A stretch of DNA of 64,000 bases from positions 156,612,001 to 156,676,000 of the forward strand of contig OX597817.1 in the NCBI GenBank assembly GCA_951406725.2, written 5' to 3'. The notes under the pieces are model-generated. The model had not been told where the DNA came from. It saw only the letters and a list, made by a program, of their open reading frames with translations, and did no database searches. Made by a program: the position numbers and the translations under genes. Shown here one piece after another: positions 25,753 to 37,961 of this stretch. This DNA is from Octopus vulgaris. Its lineage: Eukaryota. The number at the start of each line of letters is the position of its first letter. The first letter of the stretch is position 1.

Positions 25753-25980
25753 TTTCTTTACTACCCACAAGGGGCTAAACATAGAGGGGACAAACAAGGA
25801 CAGACAAATGGATTAAGTCGATTACATCGACCCCAGTGCGTAACTGGTACTTAATTTATCAACTCCGAAGGATGAAAGGCAAAGTCAACCTCAGCGGAAT
25901 TTGAACCCAGAATATACTGGTAGACAAAATGCAGCTACACATTTCGCCCGGCGTGCTAACGTTTCTGCCAGCTGGCCACC
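25753..25980 (-). mobile_element. SINE family 1 copy
   Basis: Full length; flanking direct repeat catacaaatata at 25741-25752 and 25981-25992. Confidence 0.9.
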
Positions 25981-26177
25981 CATACAAATATACTCTAACA
26001 TACCCCAAGACTAACATACAGGATGCATTACAATGACAGTTATTCATACTCATAACCCCCTTATCTCCACAACCAGATTTATCTGCCTCACCCCTCAATT
26101 TTGCAACCCCCAATACCAACAACACCAGCAACTGCTCCTCTGGCTAAAACTCAGTCTATCCTTGTTTGACATTTCAG

Positions 26178-26406
26178 GTTCTGGTTGATGGATTGTCAAA
26201 ATGTGAATGAAGCAAGTCGAATGGCCACCGAACTCTACCAAGAAGCAGTGGTTGTACCTTTCATGGCGAAATTTGTCATATTCGCCAAGCGGCATGCTCC
26301 TGAAGAAGGGAAACTGCGAATGTTTTGTATGACTGATGACAAGATTGACAAAACTCTAGAAAAGCAAGAAAAGTTCACCGAAGTCGCTCGGAGCCGAGAT
26401 GTTGAA
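26178..26406 (+). CDS. Ank2: Ankyrin exon, start of UPA domain (FWLMDCQ...[12 protein letters not shown]...[28 protein letters not shown])
   Basis: atttcAG acceptor, GTAAGT donor, 229 nt, phase 2 to 0. Confidence 0.96.
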
Positions 26407-27633
26407 GTAAGTTGTCTTTCCCGTCTGTGTTTGTATCTGCCTTTGTTGATCCCTATTTTTATATTGAAATACACTGCCTTTTTTTCAGTTAATTTTGGCA
26501 CCTTGAGCAAGTGTCTTCTACTATAACCCTGGGTCAACCAAACCATTGTGAGTGGATACAGTAGATGGGACTGAAAGAAGCCCATTGCCTTGTTGTGTAT
26601 ATGTGTTTGTTTGGGTGTGCTTGCGTGTGTTCTTGTACGTGTGTGTGTGTTCTTATGTGTTAGTGCCATGCAAGCAGTGTCCTTCATTTCCAGTCTTCAA
26701 TGAAAACATGTCTGGTCATGGAGAAATGTTACTTGACTTGGAAACAGGTGAGGGTTAGAAATAAGAAGAGTGAAAAGCATCCAGTCATAGAAAATCAGAC
26801 TCTATAAATTTTGTCTGACTCATACAAGCATGGAAAAGTGGACATTAAAACAATGATAATGATGATGGTATCATTACAATTTTATGCTCGTTTTTCTGTA
26901 CTGGTTGGTTGGATAAGTCTCAAATCATCTCACCACCCACTATTATCCATGTCATCTGATCAACACAAATCCTTACTTGGAGTTACTGCCATCCTAAGAG
27001 GTGCTACGTTCACAGAGTCTTTGAGTTTTTATGGCAGCTCTTTATGGGTGGATATCAAAGATTATGTTTATCTGTACAGGAGGTTGTCTACATAAATAGA
27101 AGCTAGTTATCAGAACTTCTTATCATTCTAGAGTACCAGTGAGGTTAGTTACCATGACAACCTATCATCTTAGACAAAGAGTAACTAAGTGAGCATACCA
27201 AATATCAGGCTCTACAGGATAGAACCTTACATCATTCTTGTGTGTGTGTGTATGTGGTTTATTTATACAGTTATCTTGTGAATTTGATACCAATTACTTT
27301 ATACCATCAATATATAGTGCTATATATATATCAGTGGTAATCCTCAGTCAACACTAGATAATATGAAATGTTTATGGAGTTACAGCTCCATAAGATAACT
27401 AAAATAAATTAACAATAAACAAACTCTATCCAGGTTGTAGTGAGTACTCCTCTTTTGACTCAGTAAACAATACTATTTGTGACACAGCTCCATGTGTCTC
27501 AAAAATTAGTTTTGAAAATCATACAAATGTGAAACCGGTATTAGTGTTAATATAAAATCTTATGCATTTTCAACTTCATTTATTTCTTCTATACTACTAT
27601 TTGTATTAATTAGTATCTGTTTTATATACATAC

Positions 27634-27687
<54 letters not shown>

Positions 27688-27876
27688 CCAAATATGAAGT
27701 TGACTTTGCAAGTGGGTGGTGTGAAATATTTCCATTATCCAATATAATGATAAAGACAGTCACTATATAGAATCTATATACTATTATGTGAATAATGCTT
27801 CTGGAAAAGAGGATAGCAGTGCTATTAACTATAGCAATATTGATAATGATGATAATGATAATTGATACCATTACAG

Positions 27877-28128
27877 GTGCTGCAAGGACGACCACAGTAT
27901 GTGGAGATGGCTGGCAATCTAATACCTGTCACCAAATCTGGTGATCAGCTGTACGTCCATTTCCGAGCATTCCGAGAAAACCGCCTTCCCTGTACGGTGA
28001 AGGTTCGTGATCTAGACCAAGAGGCAGCTGCTCGTGTGGCTTTCATGAAAGAACCGAAAGTAGCACGGGGTGAGGCACCTCAATCTCCCATCTGTAACCT
28101 CAACATTGTACTACCTGATGTATCCAAG
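27877..28128 (+). CDS. Ank2: Ankyrin exon, UPA domain second half (VLQGRPQYVEMAGNLIPVTKSG...FRENRLP...ICNLNIVLPDVSK)
   Basis: ttacAG acceptor, AAG|GTAAGA donor, 252 nt, phase 0 to 0. Confidence 0.95.
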
Positions 28129-28159
28129 GTAAGACTGTAATCTAATTTTTCTATTTGTC

Positions 28160-28450
28160 TATCTTTCTCTCTCTCCCTTTCTCTCTCTCTCTTTCTCTCA
28201 TTCTCTAGTATTTTTTTTACCCTCTCTAGAGAACTATTTTCCCTATCTCTTTCTATTTGTCCTCTATTTGCATGTTTCTCTTCCTCTCTCCTCTGTCTCT
28301 TTGTCTATCCCCCTTTGTATTTGTCCCTCTCTCTTTTCCTCTCATTTTTCCAGCCCACTCTTTTTCTTTTTCTCTCTCTCTCTCTCTCCCAACTCTCTCC
28401 CTCTCTCTCTCTCTCCCACACTCTCTCCCTCTCTCTCTCTCTCTCTCCTC
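28160..28450. repeat. (CT)n-rich polypyrimidine low-complexity tract
   Basis: Read directly. Confidence 0.9.
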
Positions 28451-29329
28451 ATTTCCATATATTTGTTCCTCAATTTATCTGATCACTCATTATTTATATT
28501 CCATTTGTTATTTTAATCTGTTTATTATTATTACCAGTCAAGTACTCGGATCAAATTAATTGACGAACTCCCCTCTGACCAAATTGTTAGTTATGTGCCT
28601 AAATTACTGGGTTGGCAACTAAGTTCCCGCAGTTTTTTTTAAATTTAAATTTTTCGGGGAGTAGTGGGAGCAGCAAATAAGATAAGTACCAGTCAAGTAC
28701 TGGGGTTGGTATGATCTAATCAACTTCCCTCACTCCTCAAAATTGCTGGCTCAGTGCCAAAATTTGAAATTATTATTATTATGACTATTAGCACAGTGAA
28801 TTGATAGAATCAGTAAGCTGAATCTGCTAGATGTCCGCCTTAAAATATTTTGTTGTATTTAGTTGAAAACATTTATGTTCAGATTTCAAATCTTATTGAG
28901 GTCAACTTTACTTCTCTACTTTCCAAGGTCAGCAAATTCTTTCACAAGGCCTGAAATTTTGCAGAAGGGGGCTAATTAATTACATCAACTTTTGTGTTCA
29001 ACTGATTCTTACCCTATTGACCTCAAAAGGGTGAAGCATAACATTAACCTTGGTGGAATTTTAACTCAGAATGTAATGACGGAAGAAATACTGCTAAGCA
29101 TTTTTTCTGGCATGCTAACAATTCTAACTCGCATCCTTTTTGAAATCAATTATTATAAAGTACCAATCAGGTACTTGGTCAATATATTCGCCCCGTTACA
29201 ATATTTGGCCTTATGCCAATGTTAGGAATCCATATTATTATTATTATTATTATGATTATGATTATGATTGTTACTGCGGTATATCTTATTTATAGTGGAA
29301 ATCTCTTCTTTTTTTTTTTTCAAATTCAG

Positions 29330-29408
29330 GCCGATTCAATGGAAATCACTTCAGAGGAGGCTCTTGAAGTTCGAAAACGGCACAGTCTTCTTAGAGAACA
29401 TGGAATAG
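29330..29408 (+). CDS. Ank2: Ankyrin exon, UPA-to-death-domain linker (ADSMEITSEEALEVRKRHSLLREHGI)
   Basis: Poly-T then ttcAG acceptor, G|GTGAGG donor, 79 nt; phase 0 to 1 exactly bridges the flanking exons. Confidence 0.9.
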
Positions 29409-29759
29409 GTGAGGATGTTTTGAATTTACTGATTTATTCATTTCTTAAAATTTCAAAGTCTTTTGCTATTATATTTCTTCTGAAATATACTGCTTTCACT
29501 TCAGTTGATTTCGAAATAATGAAAATCATTATTAAACTGGTTTGTGGAATATAAATTAACATGGAATTTTGAGGGAATGTTCTAATTTTAATCACTTTAA
29601 AACAAGTCATTTTTATCTTAGAACCAGGAACAGTCTCAGATGGGTTGGCATCAAAGTCCTTGTGAAGATAATTTCACGTCTTAAATTCAATTCTAATGAG
29701 AGTTATAGCATGTAGCTAAATGCATTTAAGAGGCTGTTAGATTATAGCTAAACACATTG

Positions 29760-30123
29760 CTTGCAAAGACCTGTTGAGGCAAGTGAAATCGAAATCGCTC
29801 AAAAGTCAATGGAAATTGTAGTCGTGATACCAGTGCCGGTGGCATGTAAAAGAACCATCCGAACGTGGCCGTTGCCAGCGCCGCTCCGACCGGCCTCCGT
29901 ACCGGTGGCATATAAAAAGCACCAACCGATCGTGGCCGTTGCCAGCCTCGCCTGGCACGTAAAATGCACCCACTACACTCACGGAGTGGTTGGTGTTAGG
30001 AAGGGCATCCAGCTATAGAAATACTGCCAGATCAGACTGGTGCAGCTCCCTGGCTTCGAGACCCAGTCGAACCGTCCAACCCATGCTAGCATGGAAAGCG
30101 GACGTTAAACGATGATGATGATT
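29760..30123 (+). mobile_element. RTE LINE 3' UTR fragment
   Basis: Collinear with the reverse complement of 55938-56430; (GAT)n tail. Confidence 0.85.
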
Positions 30124-30461
30124 ACAATGTGGTTAAACATACAGATTACTCTTAGCAGTCAAACAGAAGCATGTGGCTGGCAGCCTGTATCTGAATACCC
30201 ACAAACTGCTACTAAGTAACTAAAGAACTACAGGAGATTGCTGGAATGTAGCTAAGCCTTTATAGGTGGCTGCTGTCATGTGACTAAACACCTACTGATG
30301 GCTACTACCTGCAGGTGTTTAGCAACATGTAGCTAAACCTCTTTAGGTGACCACAAGAATGTTGTTAAACACCTACATGTTTGTTAGAATGTAGCTAAAC
30401 ATCCTTAGATAACTGCATGCTTTATGCTTAATGATTTATTTTTCCCTTTTTTTTTTTCCAG

Positions 30462-30665
30462 TTCTCCAAGATACCATCAGTCGAGCCCAGATGAAAATAG
30501 TGGACGTTGCCGACACACTGCAAGGTGATTGGGTGATGCTGGCCCAACAGCTAGACATCACAATGTCGGAGATTAATAAGATCAAAACAGACTACAACAC
30601 AGTCAATGATCAAGCTTTGGCTATGCTACATCTCTGGGTGGAGAAGAATGGCGAAAAAGCATCAG
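30462..30665 (+). CDS. Ank2: Ankyrin exon, death domain (VLQDTISRAQMKIVDVADTLQGDWVMLAQQLDI...QALAMLHLWVEKNGEKAS)
   Basis: Poly-T ccAG acceptor, G|GTGCGG donor, 204 nt, phase 1 to 1; death-domain W-x-x-L-A-x-x-L and L-x-x-W pattern. Confidence 0.94.
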
Positions 30666-30850
30666 GTGCGGGTTTAACTTTGTTACCATTGTTTGTAAAC
30701 TGTTGCTGTGATACTTGTTGTTCATTTGCTTTGGCTGACTCTACTTGATGATAATTAAGCTGGTCCTTTTCTACCTTTGATAACAGCAAATACTGAGCCA
30801 GATACAACTTATATGAGCTGTATTTCAATCTCTTCTGTAAATGCAACGGT

Positions 30851-31074
30851 TACTCTCTTTTACTTTCTTTTACTCTCTCTTTACTCTTTTACTTGTTTCA
30901 GTCAGTTGACTGCGGCCTTGCTGGAGCACCGCCTTTAGTCGAGCAAATCGACCCCCGGGACTTATTCTTTGTAAGCCCAGTACTTATTTTATCGGTCTCT
31001 TTTGCCGAATCGCTAAGTGACGGGGACGTAAACACACCAGCATCGGTTGTCAAGCAATGCTAGGGGGACAAACA

Positions 31075-31136
<62 letters not shown>

Positions 31137-31306
31137 CACACATATATACGACAGGCTTCTTTCAGTTTCCGTCTACCAAATCCACTCACAAGGCATTGGT
31201 CGACCCGGGGCTATAGCAGAAGACACTTGCCCAAGATGCCACGCAGTGGAACTGAACCCGGAACCATGTGGTTGGTTAGCAAGCTACTTACCACACAGCC
31301 ACTCCT
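30851..31306 (-). mobile_element. SINE family 3 copy
   Basis: Reverse complement of 21183-21595 with a longer (CA)n tract. Confidence 0.9.
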
Positions 31307-31355
31307 GTGGTTGACTGAAATTGAGTAGTTATCATTGGGATGTAGACATGTTTTA

Positions 31356-31577
31356 AGGCAGAAACGTTAGCACGCCGGGCGAAATGCTTAGCAGTATTTC
31401 GTCTGCCGCTACGTTCTGAGTTCAAATTCTGCCGGGGTCGACTCTGCCTTTCATCCTTTCGGGGTCAATTAAAAAGTACCAGTTACACAATGGAGTCGAT
31501 ATAATCAACTTAATCTGTTTGTCTGTTCTTGTTTATCCCCTCTGTGTGTAGCCCCTTGTCGGTAGTAAAGAAATAGG
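31356..31577 (+). mobile_element. SINE family 1 copy
   Basis: Same head, body and tail as 305-538. Confidence 0.88.
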
Positions 31578-31584
31578 TATTTAG

Positions 31585-31835
31585 TGTTGTAGCATGGCCA
31601 TATTGTGACTGGTACAGTGTGTAGCCTTGTCATGTTGTGAAGGGTACAGTGTGACAGTCAGTGCCTGTTGTGAGAGTGCAGTGTGACATCATTGGTATGT
31701 TGTAACAGGTGCAATATAATAGTCAGGGTGTGTAGTGACAGGTGCAGTGTTGCAGCTTGAGTATATTGTGAGAATAGGGTGGTAAGCTATGAGAGGTGCA
31801 GTGTTGAAGCCTGGTGTCTTCTGAGAGGTGCAGTA
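31585..31835. repeat. Degenerate minisatellite, about 32-bp unit
   Basis: Recurrent gtgacaggtgcagtgt..cag....tatgtt units. Confidence 0.7.
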
Positions 31836-33146
31836 TCTCAATCTGATAGACGCACACACATATCAGACTCATACATAGTTAAATTGGACTCTGCTGATGC
31901 TTCATGGTAGAATCCTCAATGTATTCTGGGGAGTTGGTACTTGTTTGTAGTTGTGAAACTCTCAATCAGTTATGTTCATGCACACATTTTTAGCTGGTTG
32001 AACATCTGTATGTAAACCGTAGCTATAGATCTAATAGTCCAGATCTTTATAGATCCAGAGTACGTAGTCTATACTTTCTGCTTGGTGTATGACCATGCTG
32101 AGCACTCCAATTTGTAGTGACTTAGTGAATCAACACAAAGGGTGACATGACTCACTACCAATTGCAAAGAAGAAAAATGAGTAAAATAAAAAAAATTTTT
32201 ATCTTCCTGAAACTAACTCCTACGATCTTAAAAAGGTTGAAAAGTTTACAAAAGTCATTTTAGAAGTGCCGTAAATGAAGGCAAAGTAACCATGATAGCT
32301 AGAATGCTGATGAAACAATAAGAATGTTAACCCTGACCAATACAGGTTTGGGTTGTTGCCAAGTGCCAAGGCAAGCCTTGACTCAATAGGCTTATAAGCA
32401 TAGGCATTCTGGTTGTGGCCATCTCAGATTTTTGTATATCTAGGGTAAAACAGTCCAATATATATATATATTTTAATAATGGCACTCGGCTCACTCTGTT
32501 GGGTGGTTGGTGTTAGGAAGGGCATCCAGCTGTAAAAACTCTGCCAAAACAGACACAGAAGTCTGGTACAGGCTTCTGCTTGGCCAGCTCCTGTTAAATC
32601 ATCTCACCCATGCCAGCATGGAAAGCAGATGTTGAACGATGATGATGATGGTGGTGAGTGGGTTGAGAGAGACTTCACTACTATTTCTAACAAAAGAGGA
32701 GACCCTTTGTTGGCTCATTATAATTGTTGCAATGAATAGGGGAAAAGAAAGTGGATGTAGAATGTCTCTGATCAGCATTGAGTAGATTCTATGATTAAAG
32801 ATGTCCCAGCCATAACCAAACCATTTTTTGTTTTAGATGTAATGTGTGTAGAGATACATTACCTAAAATCTTTTTTTTAACATAGCTGGCTATTGTTACT
32901 TGAGGGAGATTTGGCTACTCCTAGAAGGTTGTGTGACGATATGGAGACTTCCTCATTAGTTCTGCAGAATTTTATATGTATTGATGTGTTCTTGGAATCC
33001 TGGGATTCTTTATTTTTCTTGTGTTATAATCATGCAATGAACCCCGCCCCAAAACTATGATGTTATTATATTGTTACTTTACACATTGAATTCTAAACAA
33101 AGGCAGTAGTTTAATTAACTGTATTGTTTTGTGTCTTCTGTTGCAG

Positions 33147-33275
33147 GTAATGCATTAGAAAAGGCATTGATACGCATCAGTCGTGAAGATGTAGTGAAGA
33201 AATGCATGTACGATGTTGTAACAGTTGAGGATGAAGTGGATATGGCAGCTGGGAGAGTTGCCATGGATCAGTCAG
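33147..33275 (+). CDS. Ank2: Ankyrin exon, end of death domain (GNALEKALIRISREDVVKKCMYDVVTVEDEVDMAAGRVAMDQS)
   Basis: ttgcAG acceptor, G|GTGAGT donor, 129 nt, phase 1 to 1; L-x-x-A-L-x-x-I-x-R-x-D-V-V death-domain end. Confidence 0.93.
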
Positions 33276-33350
33276 GTGAGTTAAATTGGCTCATTCACAC
33301 TAAGCTACCATGACCAGTACTATAAATCCAACTGCCATCACTAGCATTAA

Positions 33351-33495
33351 TATTAGGTTGTCCCAAAAGTTCATAAACACTTGCGAAAATTGAATTTTTA
33401 CTCGCCAAGTACTAACAAAAACAACAAAAATTATTCCTCAAAATAAAGACCATTATTTTCCAAGACTTTCTACAAACTTTTGGGACAACCTTATA
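33351..33495. mobile_element. Tc1/mariner-type MITE
   Basis: Inverted termini aggttgtcccaaaagtt / aacttttgggacaacct with TA flanks. Confidence 0.7.
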
Positions 33496-33939
33496 CTACA
33501 ACTGGATTATTTTTATATCTATTAGGTTACTACAAGATTGCTCTTGCCTTTACTTCCACTACTAATACAACTCAGTTTTTCATCAGTTGTTCCGCATACA
33601 AAAAACATTGTACACCATCAAAATGGTTGTATCTGCCATTTCCTTTCATTTCAACAATGTAATGTTCCTACATAATCTGCTGATGTTGCTTAAGCACTAT
33701 CTGTTTGGACATATCTTGAGTTTAGGTCTTATACACTTTATACGTGTGCAGGTGACACAAAAAATAGCAACCCAGTCCATGCTGTAAAGCGGTTGGTATT
33801 AGGAAAGGTATCTAGCTGTAAAAACCATGCCAAAGCAGACATTGGAGTACAATGCAGTCCTTGGACTCATTGGATCCTGTCAGACCATCCAACCCATGTC
33901 AACGCTGTCATTTCAAATGAAACAAGTTTTGAACATTAA

Positions 33940-34344
33940 TTACTCTTTTACTTGTTTCATTAATTACTCTTTTACTGGAGCACTGCCTTTAATCGAGCAA
34001 CTCAACCCCGGGACTTATTCGTTTGTAAGCCCAGTACTTATTCTATCGGTCTCTTTTGCCGAACCGCTAAGTAACGGGGACATAAACACACCAGCATCAG
34101 TTGTCAAGCAATGCTAGGGGGACAAACACACTCACACAAACACACACACGCATATATATATATATATATATACATATATACGACGGGCTTCTTTCAGTTT
34201 CCGTCTACCAAATCCACTCACAAGGCTTTGGTCGGCCCGAGGCTATAGCAGAAGACACTTGCCCAAGATGCCACGCAGTGGGACTGAACCCAGAACCATG
34301 TGGTTGGTAAACAAGCTACTTACCACACAGCCACTCCTGCGCCT
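33940..34344 (-). mobile_element. SINE family 3 copy
   Basis: Reverse complement of family 3 with a rearranged tail. Confidence 0.88.
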
Positions 34345-35245
34345 ATTAATTGATCATATTTCACTGACAAAAACAACCAACAATATATACAAGCATTACA
34401 TCATGTAAGGTCATGCTAACCATGATGAATATCAAGTCTTTGCTTATTGTTTCCTCTTTCTTTAAGCATATTGAGTGGATGGCAGTGACAGATATACTGG
34501 ATTCAGATTTTGGGTTCAGATAGTTATATTAGACCTTATGAAATGGGTGTTACATCTCTAATGAATAACTAAATAATTTTTTCTGAAGTCAAGGGGTTTT
34601 CTAAACAACAGTACCATGAAAAAGTAAATTATGAAAGTTCAGATTAATTTTGATGGTTCTTTTGGGGATGAAACCTTTAAACTGTAGATATTTTATACTG
34701 CATTTGAACATACCTGTGAAGCTAATTGCAAAAGACAAGAGCCAAAATTTGGTGACCAGGTAGCTTTGCCACATGCATTGGTTTGTAGTATGGATACAGT
34801 ATGGTTGTCTGAGCAGCTAGGCTACACATGTAACAGTGTGACATTCATGACAATTGTGGTGTCGATATAACAGTAACAGTTATCACTGTTGTAGTACAGG
34901 TATAGTAGTATGGCACTTGTAACTATTGTAGTATAGGTATAGCAGTGGGACAGTCAGGATTGTTGGAAAATAGAAAATGTGGTGTAATTGTTGGTTGATT
35001 TGGAAACAGAATAGTTACATTGTGTCATTTGGGTTATAGAGATAATGGGCTGGTATTGAATGTAGTAAATGCCCAGTTACTGGTTTACATGATTTGTGAA
35101 AAGAAATATTGGAAGATAAGTAACCATGGTTATGTATTGAATGAACTTAGAAAATATAAGTTTTGTTGCAGTCATTGAAATGTTTCTGATGATGATGATG
35201 ATGATTATGCCAATGTTGCTGTCATTACTTGACTCCTTTTCACAG

Positions 35246-35346
35246 GCTTTGATACTTTCAAGGAAGAAGTGGGTATATCTCGGGACTCCTCAATGAAACG
35301 AGGCATCTCATTAGATGTCTCCTATGATGAACAAGACATGATCAAG
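35246..35346 (+). CDS. Ank2: Ankyrin exon, C-terminal region (GFDTFKEEVGISRDSSMKRGISLDVSYDEQDMIK)
   Basis: ttttcacAG acceptor, AAG|GTGAGT donor, 101 nt, phase 1 to 0, in frame with the previous exon. Confidence 0.88.
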
Positions 35347-37423
35347 GTGAGTGGCTTTCAACTTTCTCTTGACACAGTTTTAAAGTTAAAAGGGTGTTAT
35401 TTGCCTTTCACCCATTTACACAAATATATTTCAAATTTGGTCTTTAAAAATATGTCACACTCAAAATATTGTCTTCATTTGATGGTTCACTTTATTGTGA
35501 AGGCTCAACTGTTACATACCTTGTATAACATTACCCCAAGTTTTGAGCCAGTTTTCTTTTTATCATACCTTTTTTAATTTGAATTTGAAAAATCAGATGT
35601 TGTTTAGCCCCAGCAGATACATATTGTTGCTATTATGCAAAAGTGTCGTAAGTCCAAAACATTGCTTTTTCAGAAAACGAAAAAATAGTTTCACCATTCC
35701 ATAGCAGAACTGATGTACTACACTTTGACAATTTTTGCTATCTTGGCATCTGAAGCAGCTGGGGATATGATATTTTGACCAAAAGAACTGGCTATTGCAA
35801 GCAAAAATTAAAATTTTTAAAAACACATTTGGCCAAATTTGGACATACAACAGTTTAACATAATAGCAACGATATGTAATCCTAACCATTCCAGCTCTGA
35901 CTATCTTGTCTTTCATTCAGATATATATATATATATATATATAGGACTACGATATCTAATGTACTCTATTTTTAAAATGGTAGGTTGGGATTTGAGGGAA
36001 TTTGGTTGTTATTTCTGGCAAGATGAATGATATATTGATGGCTCCTTACACACACACATTCTTTATTGGCTCGTATTGCAATATTGTTTGGATAAGTAGA
36101 ACAATAAGATCATCCTTAAGACAATTAATAATGCTCTTGTCTATGTTCAGAATAAAACCTCTTTTGAATAGTGAAGGCCTTGGCCTTATAGATGGCATGT
36201 GGCTATATAGATGAGACAAGTGAGAGCTCATACCTCTGACCATATGTCTCAGAGGAATTCAAGAATCCCACTGCACTACATCCTGAGCAAGGGTCTTCTA
36301 CAAATGTCTCAGGTTGACCAATGCCTTGCAGGTCAACTTAGTAAGCAGAAATTCTACTAAACTGTGCATGTTGATCATTCTGTTTGAGCAAAGTTATGCT
36401 GAAGTTGATGACATTATGATGGGTTACTCTGCACTCTTGACCACCTGTAGAATATTAAAATTCCTTATCTGAAAAACAGATGAAAATCGGTGGCAGGTAA
36501 AGCATCTAGCTGCAAAACTTTACCTCAAAATCCATTCTTGTTCAAGCCAAGCTAACATGGAAAAACAGATATTAAAATAAACAAGTAGTTGGTGTTAGGA
36601 AGGGCATCCAGCCATAGAAAAACCATGTCAAATCAGACTGGAGTTTGGTGCAGCTTTCCAGCGTACCAACCCAGGCAGACTGTCCAACCCATGCCAGCAT
36701 GGACAAAAAACATTAAATAATGATGATGATGATGAAACACATGAGTAACCTAGTTTTTTGGGAAGAAAATTTTATATTATTTTTAGTAACCATAAGAACA
36801 TAAGATCAGCAAAACCCACAGCTATTTTAGGCCATCTTTCCATCATTTTATGAAAATGGAACTTTGTAACATATTGACAGCATAATGTGCAATGTTATGT
36901 GACCTTTTAATCATTACTTTTGTCTTATCATTCATAATATTTTACTTGATTTCGTTTTTCTCACAGAATTTTTTTCCTTTAGTCTTCAGTTTACAAATTT
37001 ATGTTCCAACTCATTCACGGTCGTACCTTCACCTCTGTATTAGTGATGTAACTGCCTTGTAACATAACCATCACAAATGTCTCTTCACCTCTAGATTAGT
37101 GATATAACTGCCCCCTAACTAGTCTTAGCCTTTCCACGTCACCTGAACTGTTCTGATTGTTTTTACATTTCTTCACTTGTTGTTAACCTTTTACTTATTA
37201 ACCTTAAATGGGTTAATGAAGTATTATTAGACAGCAGTCACCTTTGTGTGTAGCATCACATCACATTCCTTTATAAGCATTAGCTCTCCCAAACACGTGT
37301 GTGTTCCCCCTCAAGCTTTGCAAATGTTAGTGTGCAAGGCCTTTCACTCTGCACAATAGCAGCACTGAACAACTGTTGCTGATATGTGTAAAGTTGGTGC
37401 AACTGTTGCTTTGTGTATTGCAG

Positions 37424-37468
37424 ATGAAGAAATCACCAGAAATTAAATCATTACATAGCAAAATATTG
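37424..37468 (+). CDS. Candidate 45-nt cassette exon (MKKSPEIKSLHSKIL)
   Basis: tattgcAG acceptor, consensus GTGAGT donor, phase 0 to 0 matching both neighbours, no stop. Confidence 0.65.
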
Positions 37469-37897
37469 GTGAGTACTGCAATGTCTGGGGTATAATGGAT
37501 TGTCGTTGTTGTTCCACTTCTTTGAAGGTTAACTTCTATTTCAACATATGATGGGGGGGGGGGCTCATTTGAGCTAGGATTGAACCTGTTAGTGAGAATC
37601 TGTTAATTGTTATACTGAAAGTTGGTCTCAGCTTTCAGAATTCTGTTAAAAAGCACTGATGGGGTTAATTTAATAAATATAAATATTTAAACCTTTGCTT
37701 TAATGTTGAAATGAGGTCAAACAAGTTCAGATTTTATATTCTTTCTCTGAGCTATCATGATATCCAAGCATTATATTTGCTATCTTCAGTAAGAGTTGTT
37801 TTCTTTTCTGTTCACCTTCATTTTATCTACCTTTATATTTGCTCTTGCAATGCCTTTTCTCTGCAAAACTTCAATTCTTCATTGTCTGATTTTGCAG

Positions 37898-37961
37898 GAA
37901 TCTGAGTCTGCAGAGGAATCGGGCAGTGATGCTGACACCGAAAGGCACCGAATAGCTAAAG
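37898..37961 (+). CDS. Ank2: Ankyrin exon, acidic tail (ESESAEESGSDADTERHRIAK)
   Basis: ttttgcAG acceptor, G|GTAAAT donor, 64 nt, phase 0 to 1; GC-richer than its flanks. Confidence 0.85.

Noticed and set aside
26235-26687. 150-aa minus-strand ORF and other antisense ORFs over exons
   Set aside because: Shadows of the ankyrin coding exons plus repeats; no independent coding signal.
37027-37112. 30-bp direct repeat (cttcacctct..attagtgat.taactgcc) twice
   Set aside because: Real, but only two copies; an ordinary local duplication with no evidence of function.
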